DNA of 64,000 nucleotides from Prorocentrum cordatum (GCA_963575745.1 CAUYUJ010000114.1:1302001-1366000), one strand, 5' to 3'; shown: positions 1 through 11,300, numbered from the stretch's first letter. Translations and numbers: made by a program. Notes: generated by a model not told the origin, from the sequence alone.

Positions 1-916
1 CGGCGGCTCGGGAGGAGGCCTTGGGCGCCGCGGCCTTCTCGGAGCGCGCCAGCATGCTCTGGAACGGAGGACACCTCATCCAGGTCCCGTCCGAGCTTTG
101 GAGGCGGGGGAGGAGCGGGAGCCAGCGAGGCGCTCGGGGGAGCGCCCGTCTGTGGCTGCGCGCGCGCCGACGCGCACAAACATGCACGGGGTCCGGATCG
201 ACGGCCAGCGGAGCTGCCTCTCTCCATTTGCAGTTCGCTCGGGCCAGTGCCCTTCCCACCTGCCTCCTAACCCCTAACGTGCACCCTCGAGTTCTTCCTG
301 GCCTGCCGTGCAATCCCCTCATCGGTTCTCGTATTGCTTGACTTCGAACTGGCCCTGTGGCTCGCACGCTGACTTGTCGCACTACATCAAGTGGAGAGGG
401 GGGATGATGGGGCGTGTTGTGGGACGAGAGAAGGGGATGGGCGGGGGGGATGTGTAGGTGAGAGCGGGGAGCCGGCCAAGGGGGGGCAGAGCGTGGTTTT
501 ACGAAGCATGCTAGGCGGGCCCATGGAAAGCCGGTGCAGAGCAGGGCGAAGCAAGAGCGGGCAGATCAAGATGGCGCAGGCCAATAGAAGGAGAAGTACA
601 AAGGCGTAAGGCATCGCGTGCGTCAAACTGTGGCAGCGCGGGGCAAAGTCGTGCCCATCACGTCGCAGAGCCAGGCCCCCCCTGGCAATGCACAGTGCGA
701 CAAAGCAAGGCGTGGCAGCGCAGTCCTCGGCAGGGGCAGGGCAAGTGCCAATATTCCCTTTGAGCCTATTCGGCTGAGGCATTGGCAGCCGCCTGGCTTC
801 GCTTCTGACAGGACGGCGGGAATGAACCTGGGCCGCTCGCCCGCCCAGTGGGCTCCATGCATGGCCCGTTGGCGGCCGACCGGGCTCGACCAACTGGGCC
901 CCAGGGTGTCCCAAGG

Positions 917-1229
917 TGGAGGAGGAGGAGGCGGGGGAAGAGGAGGAGGAGGAGGAGGAGGAGGAGGAGAGGAGGAGGAGGAGGAGGAGGAGGAGGAGGG
1001 GGAGGAGGAGGGGGAGGAGGAGGAGGAGGGAGGGGAGGAGGAGGAGGAGGGAGGAGGAGGGAGGAGGGAGGAGGGAGGAGGGAGGAGGGAGGAGGGAGGA
1101 GGAGGAGGGAGGAGGGAGGAGGAGGAGGAGGAGGAGGAGGAGGGAGGAGGAGGAGGAGGAGGGGGAGGAGGAGGAGGAGGAGGAGGAGGAGGAGGAGGAG
1201 GCGAGGAGGAGGAGGAGGCGGAGGAGGAG
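917..1229. repeat. (GGA)n microsatellite; representative of many GGA/CCT tracts (e.g. 2965-3110, 17040-17470, 18440-18615, 22950-23198, 57240-57358, 58400-58610)
   Basis: Direct inspection. Confidence 0.95.
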
Positions 1230-1587
1230 CCCCCAGCTCCTGGACAACTCTGGAGCCTCGAGAGCCGCCCTGGGGCCTTGCCCCACGCGGCCTTGGGGTG
1301 GCCAACGGGGCCGCCCTGCCGGCTCTGGAGCACGCCTCCTCCGCCTCGGCCCGCAGGCCGCGGCTTCGAGGGAGAGTCCGTTATGACCAGCCTCGAGCAC
1401 ATCCCTACCACTCCTCCTCCTCCTCCTCCTCCTCCTCCTCCTCCTCTCCTCCCTCCTCCTCCTCCTCCTCCTCCTCCTCCCCCTATCCCTAGAGCGATTA
1501 GCCAAACAGCGACGACAACCTCAGGGATGCGTCCTCAACGAAGGGCTTCGAGGGAAAGTCCGTTAACCAGCCTCGAGCACATCCCTA

Positions 1588-1751
1588 CAGGGCAGTTTTC
1601 AATACATAGGATTTTTAAACATATAAGACTTTGAGTACATGATTAATTTATGGTTCAATTTATGCATGAACTCCTCGTTGTTTGGAATGCTAAATCCCTG
1701 CGTTTTTAATACATGATCCGCACGCGGAGCATGTATAAAAAAACGGCACTG
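1588..1751. mobile_element. Tc1/mariner-type MITE (CAG..CTG TIRs, TA target)
   Basis: TA|CAGGGCAGTTTTCAATACAT...ATGTATAAAAAAACGGCACTG|TG. An empty-site version (cccTAtccctagagcgatt) is at about 1481. A homologous copy is at 53491-53808. Confidence 0.75.
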
Positions 1752-2358
1752 TGTCCCTAGAGCGATTCGCCAAACAACGACGACAACCTCAGGGATGCGT
1801 CCTCAGAGCCAGAGGCAATCCTCGAGATCTCGCCCGCAATCCTGGGAGGTTGCTGCGTCAAACCTCCTGCGGCGACCCAATAGGAAGACCGCCGCCGCCA
1901 AGGAGATGTGGTTGGCCCAGCCCTCTTCTCGACCCTCGCGGGGGTCCTCTGGCCTTTGGCGAGGGGTGGCCCCGGTGGGCCCCCAGAGCATTTCTGGAGA
2001 CACCTTGGGGCCAGGACCACTGCCGTCAACACCCGAGAGGAGGGGGTGGCGGGGCAAGCTGGACCACGACGAGAACCCTGGACCCAATCTCTTCGCGGCA
2101 TTTTCCGAGCCGGATCGATGTGGTCCTAGGGCCTGAAAATGGGCGAAAACGCCCGGTGCGAAAAAAGCAAAGCTCGAGCTAAGCAGTGCTTTGCGTTTTC
2201 GTTTGGTCTTCGTTTTCTTTTGTTCTGCCTTTGCTGCGGGATCAAAACGAAAACGGCTCACGGAATCGCCAAAGCAACGTTTAGCTCGAGTCCTGGACCA
2301 ACAGTTGCAACGCCGGGATCTCAGGGGGAAAATAAAACAAATAAGCACACGGCATACA

Positions 2359-2497
2359 CATAAACTTTTGGCGCTCCGCGCGGATTCCTTGGATCCGCGC
2401 TGCACCGCGCGCAGCGCACCAGGGGCGGCGCCGGGGGCGGCGCCAGGGCGCTCCAGCGCAGATCCAAGACATCCGCGCGGAGCGCAAAAAGTTTATG
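2359..2497. mobile_element. Foldback MITE with about 44-bp TIRs
   Basis: CATAAACTTTTGGCGCTCCGCGCGGATTCCTTGGATCCGCGCTG is inverted against CAGCGCAGATCCAAGACATCCGCGCGGAGCGCAAAAAGTTTATG. Confidence 0.75.
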
Positions 2498-3243
2498 CTT
2501 CTGCCGCTGTTTCTTCTGCTCCTTCTTCGAGAATCGGGACGGGCGAAAGGGGGGGATAGCAAAGGGGGGGTTTGAGAATCAACTCACGTAGCTGATTTTC
2601 CCGGCGCCTCCCGGTGCCGGGAGGCGCCCATGTATCGAGGCATGGGCCCCGCGGCGGGGCCGAAACCAGCTGCATGCAGCAGATTTCGTACCCCCCCCTT
2701 TCCCAGTCCCCCCCTTCTGGCCATCGCTCGGACGTCCATTCCCTGTGTTTTTTTCCGTTTCGTGCGTGGTTTTTTTCGCCAAAGGATCAAGCATGCTCCT
2801 CGATGGTCCTCGCCGAAGGAAACATGCACACGTCCGAGCGATGCCGAGCCTCTCGCCCGGCCCGAGAGGAGCGGAGGTGGGGCAGCTTGGGGGCGCTCGG
2901 CAGCCCTCGTCGTCCTCCTCCTGGGGGTAGGAAGAGGGCTGGGAGCGACGGGAGGGGAGCATAGGAAGAGGAGGAGGAGGAGGAGGAGGAGGAGGAGGAG
3001 GAGGAGGAGGAGGAGGAGGAGGTGAGGGAGAGGAGGAGGAGGAGGAGGAGAGGAGGAGGAGGAGGAGGGAGGAGGAGGAGGGGAGGAGGAGGAGGAGGAG
3101 GAGGAGGAGGTGGGGCAGCTTTGGGGGCGCTCGGCAGCCCTCCCCGTGCGGAGTCCGGCGCGCTGGGGCCGGGCCTCTCCTGCCGCGGGTGCCCGCGGGC
3201 GCCCCGGCGTATGCGCGCCCTGCGTGCGCGCGCCCCGGCCGGC

Positions 3244-4372
3244 TCAGCTCGCGGCCGTCTTTTTGCGGGCCGGCGCGGTCGTGCCCGAGCGGAAGCCGTT
3301 CTTGAAGCGGCGGGGCATGGTCTTAAGTCGGGCCTGTCCCCTTCCAGGGGGATCTTAGGCGAAGAATGAAAAACGCAAAATATGTCAAGATGGTCAACAA
3401 ATACTCAAACAATAGTCCCCGGACTATTTTTTGACTACGTTTGAATGTTCCTCCTGTAGAGGGACACGCCCGACTTAAGCATGGTCTTCAGGTGCTTCAT
3501 GCGGCCGGTGCCCGGGGCGCGGCGGCGCTTGGACTTCTTGGACCACTCGTAGGAGCGGATCTTGGCGGCGGGGTAGCCGCAGGCCGCGCAGCGCTTCTTC
3601 TGCAGGTGGAAGGAGCGCTTGCCTCGGGGGGGCCAGGCAATCACAGTGCACACGAACTTCGGAGTACTGGGACTTCCGCCGGCGCTGGCTCACCTCCCCA
3701 CGCGCGCCAGGGGCGGTGCCTTCGCCGCCGTCGGGGGGTGCGGGCTGCCGTCCACGGACGCCCGAGATTTGCCCCGAACTAGGCGCCTCGTGGGCGCCTG
3801 TGCGCTTGCTCGGTGCTTCCGCTTTGCGCCCCGTCGCCTGCGCTGGCTGGCGCCTCTGGATGCGCATATATACTGCCCCCCCCATAGATTGCAAGCAGAA
3901 GCTGCCCCTATACAGCTTGCACCACACACACATTGCGCTCCACGGCTCGTGCCGCACGGTGCGCGGCACAGAGCCTGCCCCCCACACACTTTGCAGCAGG
4001 AAGCTTGCACCACAGCGCATGCACCACGCAGGTTGCGCGCGCCCAGGGCGCAGCTCACCGCCCAGTGGGTCGACTCCGAACGCCTGCGACGACGTGGCTT
4101 CTGGCCCCCCCGCTGCCGCAGCGCGGGCAGAGGCCGTGGCTCTTCTTGTGCTTCTTGCCCATCGCCGGAGTGCCGTCGCCGCCCCCGCGGAGGCGGGCCA
4201 CGGCGAAGAGCGTCGACCCGTCCTCGACGCCGCAGGCCGCGAGGGTGCTGTCGGTGCGGAGGTCCTGGCCCGCGAAGACGAGCGCGTGCTGCCCGAGGCT
4301 GCCCACGAGGTCACCCGCCGCGGCCTCGCACGCCACCGTGTCGCCCTCGAGCGTCCTGAGGAAGATCTGCAT
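3244..4372 (-). CDS. RPL37: Ubiquitin-like (FUBI-like) domain fused to 60S ribosomal protein L37 (eL37); exons 4372-4117, 3622-3468, 3333-3244
   Basis: Exon 1 reads [10 protein letters not shown]...LVFAGQDL...[43 protein letters not shown]. Exon 2 reads [48 protein letters not shown]. Exon 3 reads [23 protein letters not shown]. The eL37 C4 zinc finger (CPRC...CAAC) and the GTGRM and RRFKNGFR motifs are intact. Intron 1 is GC..AG|G. The boundaries of the second interruption are inferred. Confidence 0.9.
3323..3478. mobile_element. 156-bp MITE with about 30-bp imperfect TIRs and 8-bp TSD (hAT-like TSD length), inside the RPL37 coding sequence
   Basis: Ends TTAAGTCGGGCCTGTCCC...GGGACACGCCCGACTTAA. 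GCATGGTC is duplicated at 3315-3322 and 3479-3486. A related copy lies at 54691-55692. Confidence 0.9.
3623..4116 (-). other. 494-nt GC-AG intron with perfect 12-bp subterminal inverted repeat (Introner-like)
   Basis: Minus strand TGC G|GCAG CGGGGGGGCCAG ... CTGGCCCCCCCG AG|GC AAG. Removal restores CPRCGKRSFH. Confidence 0.8.
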
Positions 4373-5329
4373 GGCGGCTGGGCGGCCTCGCCCGGGCACT
4401 GCCAACGGTTTGGATCGAGCCCCACAAACTCCGCAGCTCAGCCTCGAGCCGGAGGGAGGCAACAGCAGGGCGAGGAGGGTGGAGTCGCGGATGGGCCCGT
4501 TGGCAAAACATGCGCATGTTACCCTAAGATGATGCAGCTCCCCTCCTAGCAATCTGACGTTGGCGGCGGTGGCAACAATCATCGGCAAGCTGAGGTGGAG
4601 GCGCACAGCTGGCAAGAGTGCTCGCTGGAGACATCGGCCAGCAGCGTGAAGAAGGAGAAACAAGAGGAGCAACATGAGGAGGGGGAGAACAACAAACTGT
4701 CTCATGAGGGGCCGAGAGGCCTGAAGGCCCGACACCGACAGCAATGCGAACAACTCCTCCTCCTCCTAAACAACATTGTAGAATCTCTGGTTCCGCTGCC
4801 TTCTAGCTGCTACGGTTTTGCGCCGGTACGAACCAACCTACCCCGCGTCCGAAACAGGAAACATCGGGTGATTTAGCAATTCTCAGTGTGAGTCATTGAA
4901 CATTATCAAGAGACCTTGTCATAACGTCCGCCTGAACCAAGGCGGCGGTTTTGAGTTGCAGCTCCATGCCGGTTCCATCGTAGAACTCGGCTTCTGACAA
5001 ATTCTGGGCCCTTCTGGCAACGCCAGGCCATGTGCCCAGCATGCTGGCAAATCCTGAAGGCATTGCCTGCACAGGGGGAAGATGATCCTAGATTTCGGTG
5101 CTGGTGGTAATATTTCGGTCACCTTGGCAGCCAGAGTATTACCACCATCACCGAGATCGGGATCGTCTTCCCTCGGTGGAGGCACACCGCCGATCTTGGT
5201 GTTGGTGTCAACCTCTAGGCCTGCGATCCGACCTCGAGGCCGACGGTTCCGGACCTAGTTTTCTGCTCGCGGAGCGCTTCGCGCTGCATCCGTGCATAAT
5301 TACCCTCACCAGCTTCATCTCGCCTTCGG

Positions 5330-5820
5330 GGAAGGCTGGAGGTACTTGAGGAAACATGCATTACGGACCTCGCGGATGCGTTGCAAAACTTTCGGATTCG
5401 GTGTCCACACCGGCGATGCCAAGTCCCCATGCCCACTGGGACCTGGTGGAAGAGATTCAACCGGCTCTCTTTCGTAGATGACTGGCAAGACAACGTACCA
5501 TGAACTTTTGCAATGCCCAAGCGCATTGAATACGCTCTGTATCGCACATAGTGTTCCGTTCTGCCGAATGCGTTGAGGTGGACTCCCAAGCATCGACGAT
5601 GCCTGTTGAAAGCCAGACCCGACTCCCCTGGCCAAGAATGGCTGGTGTGCCCAGGATCCTGGGATATCCATGCCGTTCGGCTCATTGGCAGACTCGTGCC
5701 GGACTCGGCCAATGCGTTTTCGAACGCGTTTTCAAACCCAGTATGGACAGCGCATGCATGTGCGACAGTGTGCGCGAGAATGAATAGGTTGTCGGTGTAC
5801 ACAACAAATGGTGCGCAGTA
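5330..5820 (-). pseudogene. Possible reverse-transcriptase relic
   Basis: VVYTDNLFIL followed by RCLGVHL resembles RT domains 5 and 7. The match is short and degenerate. Confidence 0.35.
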
Positions 5821-6256
5821 TGACGGACACGAAGAGGAGGGGGAGAAGAAGGAAGAGGAGGGGGAGCAAGATGAAGGTGAGCAGGAGCAGGACGTGGAGC
5901 AGGATGAGGACCAGGACGGGGAGCAGCAGGAGGGGAAGCAGGATGAGGGGGAGGAGGCGAACGGGCACGGCCGCCACCAATAGTGAAGGAGGGGGAAGAG
6001 GATGGGGACGAGGTGGGGTATGCGGAGAGGGATGAGTGGCAAGAAGTGGACAGTGAGGACGATGCTGCGTAGGATGACGATGATGACGACGAGAACAACA
6101 ATCCAGGTGGAGGATGTGAGGTATGGTATGTCTGGATGAAGTGGGGTGGAACAGCCCTTTTTCTAGTGTTGCAATGGCGACCTCCTAGATTGTGATATCG
6201 CATACCAGCAATCGACAGCCACTTCTAAATCGAGCTCAGCGCGAGTCCTCGCGGCA

Positions 6257-6691
6257 TCATCGGGTCAACGGTGTGGCTTTGCCGTCCACGACTTTGCGAA
6301 GGGCTTCGAGAGCCTCGCCCTGCTGATGCAGCCTCTCCTCCAGCCGCCGCAGCTCCCAACGCAGCGCCATCCTCTCCTCGGACGCCTTGCGCTGCAGCGT
6401 ATCTTCCTTGGCGCGTTCGGCCTCCTTCTGTTTGACGTACTCGTATGCGAGCACCGCTCCCGACACCCCGAAGACCACGGCCTCGCCCAATATTGCGCAC
6501 CCGCTCTGTACGGCCTCCTCCCTGGGCACGCTGACGCGGTTGGAAGGCACGAGCCTGGACACAGCAACGCAACAGCTCTGGAAGCCGTCGCTGCGCTCCG
6601 CGAATGATGTTGCTACCTTTGAGATGGGCCTCGCGGCTTGCCTCACGCCAAGCCAGAAGATCTTCGCTACCGGCAACTGGGCCAATACCAT
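6257..6691 (-). CDS. OPA3: OPA3-family protein (about 144 aa), intronless
   Basis: MVLAQLPVAKIFWLGVRQAARPIS...EEAVQSGCAILGEAVVFGVSGAVLAYEY followed by a coiled coil. This matches the OPA3 pattern (P.AKL..LG.RQ.SKP; EE.A...GA.LLGE...F.V.G..L..EY). Confidence 0.85.
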   Translation of the reverse strand: MVLAQLPVAKIFWLGVRQAARPISKVATSFAERSDGFQSCCVAVSRLVPSNRVSVPREEAVQSGCAILGEAVVFGVSGAVLAYEYVKQKEAERAKEDTLQRKASEERMALRWELRRLEERLHQQGEALEALRKVVDGKATPLTR

Positions 6692-7842
6692 CAGGCCGAA
6701 TGGGGTTAACGATATGGCCTGACAATCGACTGAAAGCTGCAGCGTGCGCGCGTGACCCAACTCATATCTAAGCCGAACTTGCTACATATGTGGGGTTTAT
6801 ACAGTGAGACACGCAATCTAGAAACTAACAGGCATTAATCACCAAGCGGTCCTGGATGCGTGAAGCTCGAAGCCCAATACATGTCGATGGCACGCTTCGT
6901 GCTACCATCCATCGACACAACTGCCTTTCGCCTCATGGCGATCCCGCTATCAAGGAATCTACTCGTGGGTCTCCGGAGGCTTCCCAGAATACGAGAGACA
7001 TGGGGGGGGACATCTACTGGGAAGGCGGTGTCTGACTCCCAGTCTGACCAGCATACATGATCCTGTCGAGCGTTCAATCACGGATCTGCGAAGAAATGAA
7101 TCCCCTTCCCCGTTCCCTTCTCCGCGGGTCCAGACTGCCGTTTGAATCGAAGCGGGTGGGGATACGAACTCCCTGGCGCATTTCCCAAATACGCCAGGCC
7201 TCCAAATCCACCCTCGGACACCGCAGAGATGCACAAGATGCTTTCTGGCATGGAGCCAGAAGAGCTCCTGTACGCCCCCTGGGCCCCAAGACGGTTCCAA
7301 GCGGCTACGGAACCTCCCAATGATGACCCAGAGATGCCACACTCATTCAACACATATGTTGTTTGCTGTTTGTTGTTTCAGGTATCTGTTTGTGTATTCC
7401 TATTATTGTACGGTAAGAATATATTTTATTATATTATGTATCAAGATTTTTTCTAAAAATAATTATTCAACCCTCACGCTTTCGCTTACGATGGTGCTCT
7501 GGAGCCACAGAATGGCTTCGCGATCGCCTTCAGAACCCCAAGAAAAACTCAGAAACGCTCCGAGACGGCCACGAAAGCCTCCAAGCGGTGGGTCCTGGTT
7601 TAGGATTCCCCTTTTCGGATCGATGGCACCCAAGATGGCATCAAGACGACCGCCACGACCCCAAAAAGAAGCGCCCCCCCCCAACGCCTGGGTGTTACCA
7701 ATGGGCTCCCAGAACCCTATAAGTTCAGCGTTCCTGGCCCAATTGCTCATTGTGTGACTATCGATTTCCATTCTCCCCTGGGCATCGTTGCTGGATGAGC
7801 CTGGGGGTAGTGGGCGCGGAGGGAATTCGCCCACACACTACA

Positions 7843-8380
7843 GTTTCGCACATCGCAGCCTCTTAGGGATGGCGAGGTCTAATTTGTGTCCGCGGCGGTT
7901 ACCCACTATTTTGGTCACCCCAACAGCCCTCGAAAGTGGTGACGGTTTCGCAAATCGCAGCCCCCACAGGGATGGCGAGGTGTAATTTGGGCCCGCGGCG
8001 GCTACCCACTATGCTGCCCCCCCAGCAGCCCTCGAAAGTGGCGACGGTTTCGCAGATCGCAGCCCCCCCCCAGGGATGGCGAGGTCTAATTGGGTCTGCG
8101 GCGGCTACCCACTATGCTATCTCCCCCCCAGCAGCCCTCGAACGTGGCGACAGTTTCGCAGATCGCAGGCCCCCATATGATGGCGGGGTCTAATTGGGGT
8201 CCGCGGCGGCTGCCCCCTATGCTGTCCCCCCAGCAGCCCTCGAAACTGGCGACATTTTCGCAAATCGCAGCCCCCCAGGGATGGCGAGGTCTAATTTGGG
8301 TCTGCGGCGGCTACCCACTATGCCATCTCCCCCCCAGCAGCCCTCGAACGTGGCGACAGTTTCGCAGATCGCAGCCCCCC
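7843..8380. repeat. Tandem repeat, about 102-106-bp unit, about 5 copies
   Basis: gtttcgca(g/a)atcgcagcccc recurs near 7843, 7945, 8047, 8153, 8255 and 8360. Confidence 0.9.
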
Positions 8381-11300
8381 AAGGAAGATGCACACACAAG
8401 AGGTACAACAAACAAGATGCACACACAAGAGGTGCGCACAAGGCGGGGGAAGAGAGGAGGAGAAGGAGAAGGAGAAGGAACAGGCGCGACCGCAGTGCTC
8501 TATTCAAAACGAATGCCCAACCAAGGAGGGTGGGATAAAAACACTACAACATGCACCTCGCGGCTAAATGAGGCGCCACTGTCTGGACCTCAGGCGCACT
8601 GGAACGAGGCTGGGAAACATCATCGGACTTGGCGGGCACACCATCCTCGAGCGGCCTCGCACGGAGTGTACCCGGAACGCTCCTGGGACGCATCAGTTTC
8701 TAGACCTGGGACGCACCACCCTGGAGCGAGCACGCACGGAATGTGACTGGGACGGTCCTGCAACTCTGGGCAAACATGATCCCAACAAGTGCTGACGCGC
8801 CCCTGCCATGGCGCCCCCCTTAGCCCCATAAACCATCAATGTAGCCCCCGTGAATGTCGAAGCAGGGCGAAACGCGGTCTGGGCCTATGCGACTCCGAAG
8901 TTCTACGATGACCGACGGCTGGAGAGGGGGGGCCAACAACTACTTCGCACGCAATGTCACAAATACCCAGAATACCCAGCATACGAATCTGTTGTGCGCG
9001 CACTTTTTAGTTTAATGTTGTCAAGGGTAGTGGGGCGCACCGCTGTTTGGACCTGAAGCCCGCCGCACCACCCTCGTGCGGGAACGCGCGGAATGCGCCT
9101 GGGTGCCAGGTCGGGGTCCCGTGCATGATCTGGCGACCAAACTGCATGGGGCCCAGGGGCACCTGGTGGCCCCTGCGGAGAGGTTGTGTGGTGGCAAACC
9201 TTGGGTACCGTTTGAGCCTGGCGCTCGCTGTGTTAATGAGCGTCCCCAAGAGGCCCTCCAAGAGGCCTCCAGCAAGGCCCTGGGAGGTCGCACGCAATGA
9301 ACGACTACTTTTAGTGTCGTTTGCTTCCGACCATTTCTGGGGACCCCCATAAGCCCCAGGGACGGCCCAGTACGGCGCGATAACTCCCCGATGCCGCCCA
9401 TGCCTGCTCCAAAAAGGCTCCAATGCGGCCCTGAGGCCAGAACAACGGCACCAATCTCGATTTACCAAGCCTACTCGAAGAAATCGGCATGAACATCGCG
9501 TCCAAGACGGCACCGAATGGGCCCCATGAGATACCCTAGAGGGCCTCTGAGAGCCCCCTTAGATGCCACCAATAAGCAACGCAACACGCATGCAGCGTTG
9601 CAGACATGCCAACGCTACACTATCGCAGCACTTCTGCCAGAAGGATCCAGACGGCAACACATTAAAATGATGCTTCTACCGAGACCCCCTCAGGAGAACT
9701 GGGTATAACGATCCTGCATGCGAGGCGATGCTGTGCTGGCACGCTGTCGGGGCTCGCCGCAAGTGACTGGACAACACACCCATACATATCACATGCGCAC
9801 GGTTTTTTGGCACACGCTTTCTGGTACAACTCAGTCAGCGCGCTGGAAAGCAATACTTAAAATGGGAGCTACAACCGAGCCTGAAATCTGAACCGACGCA
9901 GATTGTGCTGTGACGTCAGCCTCTGCAGCGCCTGCGTAGGCCGAGCAAGATCAGCAGAGAGCGTCGGCCGCAAAACCGGCCTCCTCCACTCCATCGGGGA
10001 AGAATAGGGAGGGGAAAGCGGAGGAGCCCCTTCCGCCATGGAGGGAAGGGAGAGCCCCGTCCCCCTCCTTCCTCCTCCTCTTCCTCCTCCTCCTCCTCCT
10101 CCTAGCCGTCCTGGCCCAGGTGACTTGGATTGCTGCCGCGCTCTTCAGGACGGCGCGGCGGAGGCGGGCCACGGCGCCCGGCTCAGCGCGCTGATGCTCC
10201 AATTCCACGTCGGCGCGAGCTTGCCGACGGAGCAGCTCGGGGAGAGGCCGAAGAGCTCCGCGAGCGGCTTCAGGGCGGAGGCCGTCAGCGTGGTCGTGTG
10301 CGATGACGACGACTGGGCCTCGGCTGGGCTGCGGCATCGAGGACACCCTGATCGAGCAGAGGGTCCTTACAGGCGCGTGCATCCTTGAGGTTCGCGGGGA
10401 GTATGCGAGTAGGCGCCCACGGACACCGCCGCGGAGGCGTCGGCTACCGGAGGGAGTCTGGATCAAGGACAAGGGCCACAAGAAGGGCTCGCAGGACCAG
10501 GTCATGGCTCCACCGCCTGGCAAGGTGGGCAACATCTGGATCCAGAAATGGCAGAGCCCGAACGCTGCCGCCACGTATACTTCGGCTTCAGGGCGGAGTG
10601 ATGCCTCTGCTCGAAACCGGCGCCAGCGCAGGTGCTCGACCTACAGGCCCTGCAGGCGTCGGAGGTGTCGAAATTGGAGGTGAACCCGCAGGACTCGCAG
10701 AAGCAGGGCATCATCCTCTCGGCGGGCATTGTGAAGGAAACTCCCAAGAATGGGCATCGGAAGAAGGTGAAGGAGATGGAGAAAGAGAGGAAGGGGAAGT
10801 AGATGACGGAACAGTGGCTGGCCATCAACCTGAAGAGGAAGCTGGCGAGGCGGCTGCTGGAGTCGAAGAAACGCATCAGATACTTCGACAAGGAGGTGCA
10901 TCCAAGAAGGCGTGCAGCCTGCTTGGAATTCCATAGGAGGATGACACGCCCGAGGGGAAGGAGTTGGCCGCGATCGACTTGCCTCAGGGACGGGGGTCAC
11001 ACCTCAAGTGCCCGACCTGTGGGTGGATGCCGACAGGAGCTAGAGGCAACACACGACAGCAGGAGGCATTGGTCCATTGGCGCCATTGTGTGGGCGAACA
11101 TCCTCGAGCTGCGCCGAAGAGATGCTTTGGTAGTGAACCACCGACCAGGATACAGCTAAATTTGTGCTCAACCTCCGAGGGCGCTGCGGTGTCCACGAAG
11201 CAGGGGAAGAGCTTTGTGCCATGGTCGGCCTCGCTCCTCCGTTCAGCGGCGGGGGGGGGTCGCGGGGCAACCGCCTCCCCGCCCGGGCGGAGGGAAGCAC

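Noticed and set aside
387..1634. Long overlapping ORFs rich in poly-G/E/R/P/S/L (also 16121-17815, 18146-18866, 55580-56268, 58262-59163)
   Set aside because: They are stop-free readings of (GGA/CCT)n tracts, open in most frames, with no domain content.
4373..4460. Possible dinoflagellate spliced-leader relics upstream of Ubl-RPL37 (TTTGTGGGGCTCGA, GGCTCGAG) and of OPA3
   Set aside because: The match to CCGTAGCCATTTTGGCTCAAG is too short and degenerate in GC-rich DNA.
7843..8380. Regularly spaced repeats as a CRISPR array (also 34410-35510 and 51400-51610)
   Set aside because: Whole units repeat with no unique spacers, there are no cas genes, and the context is eukaryotic.
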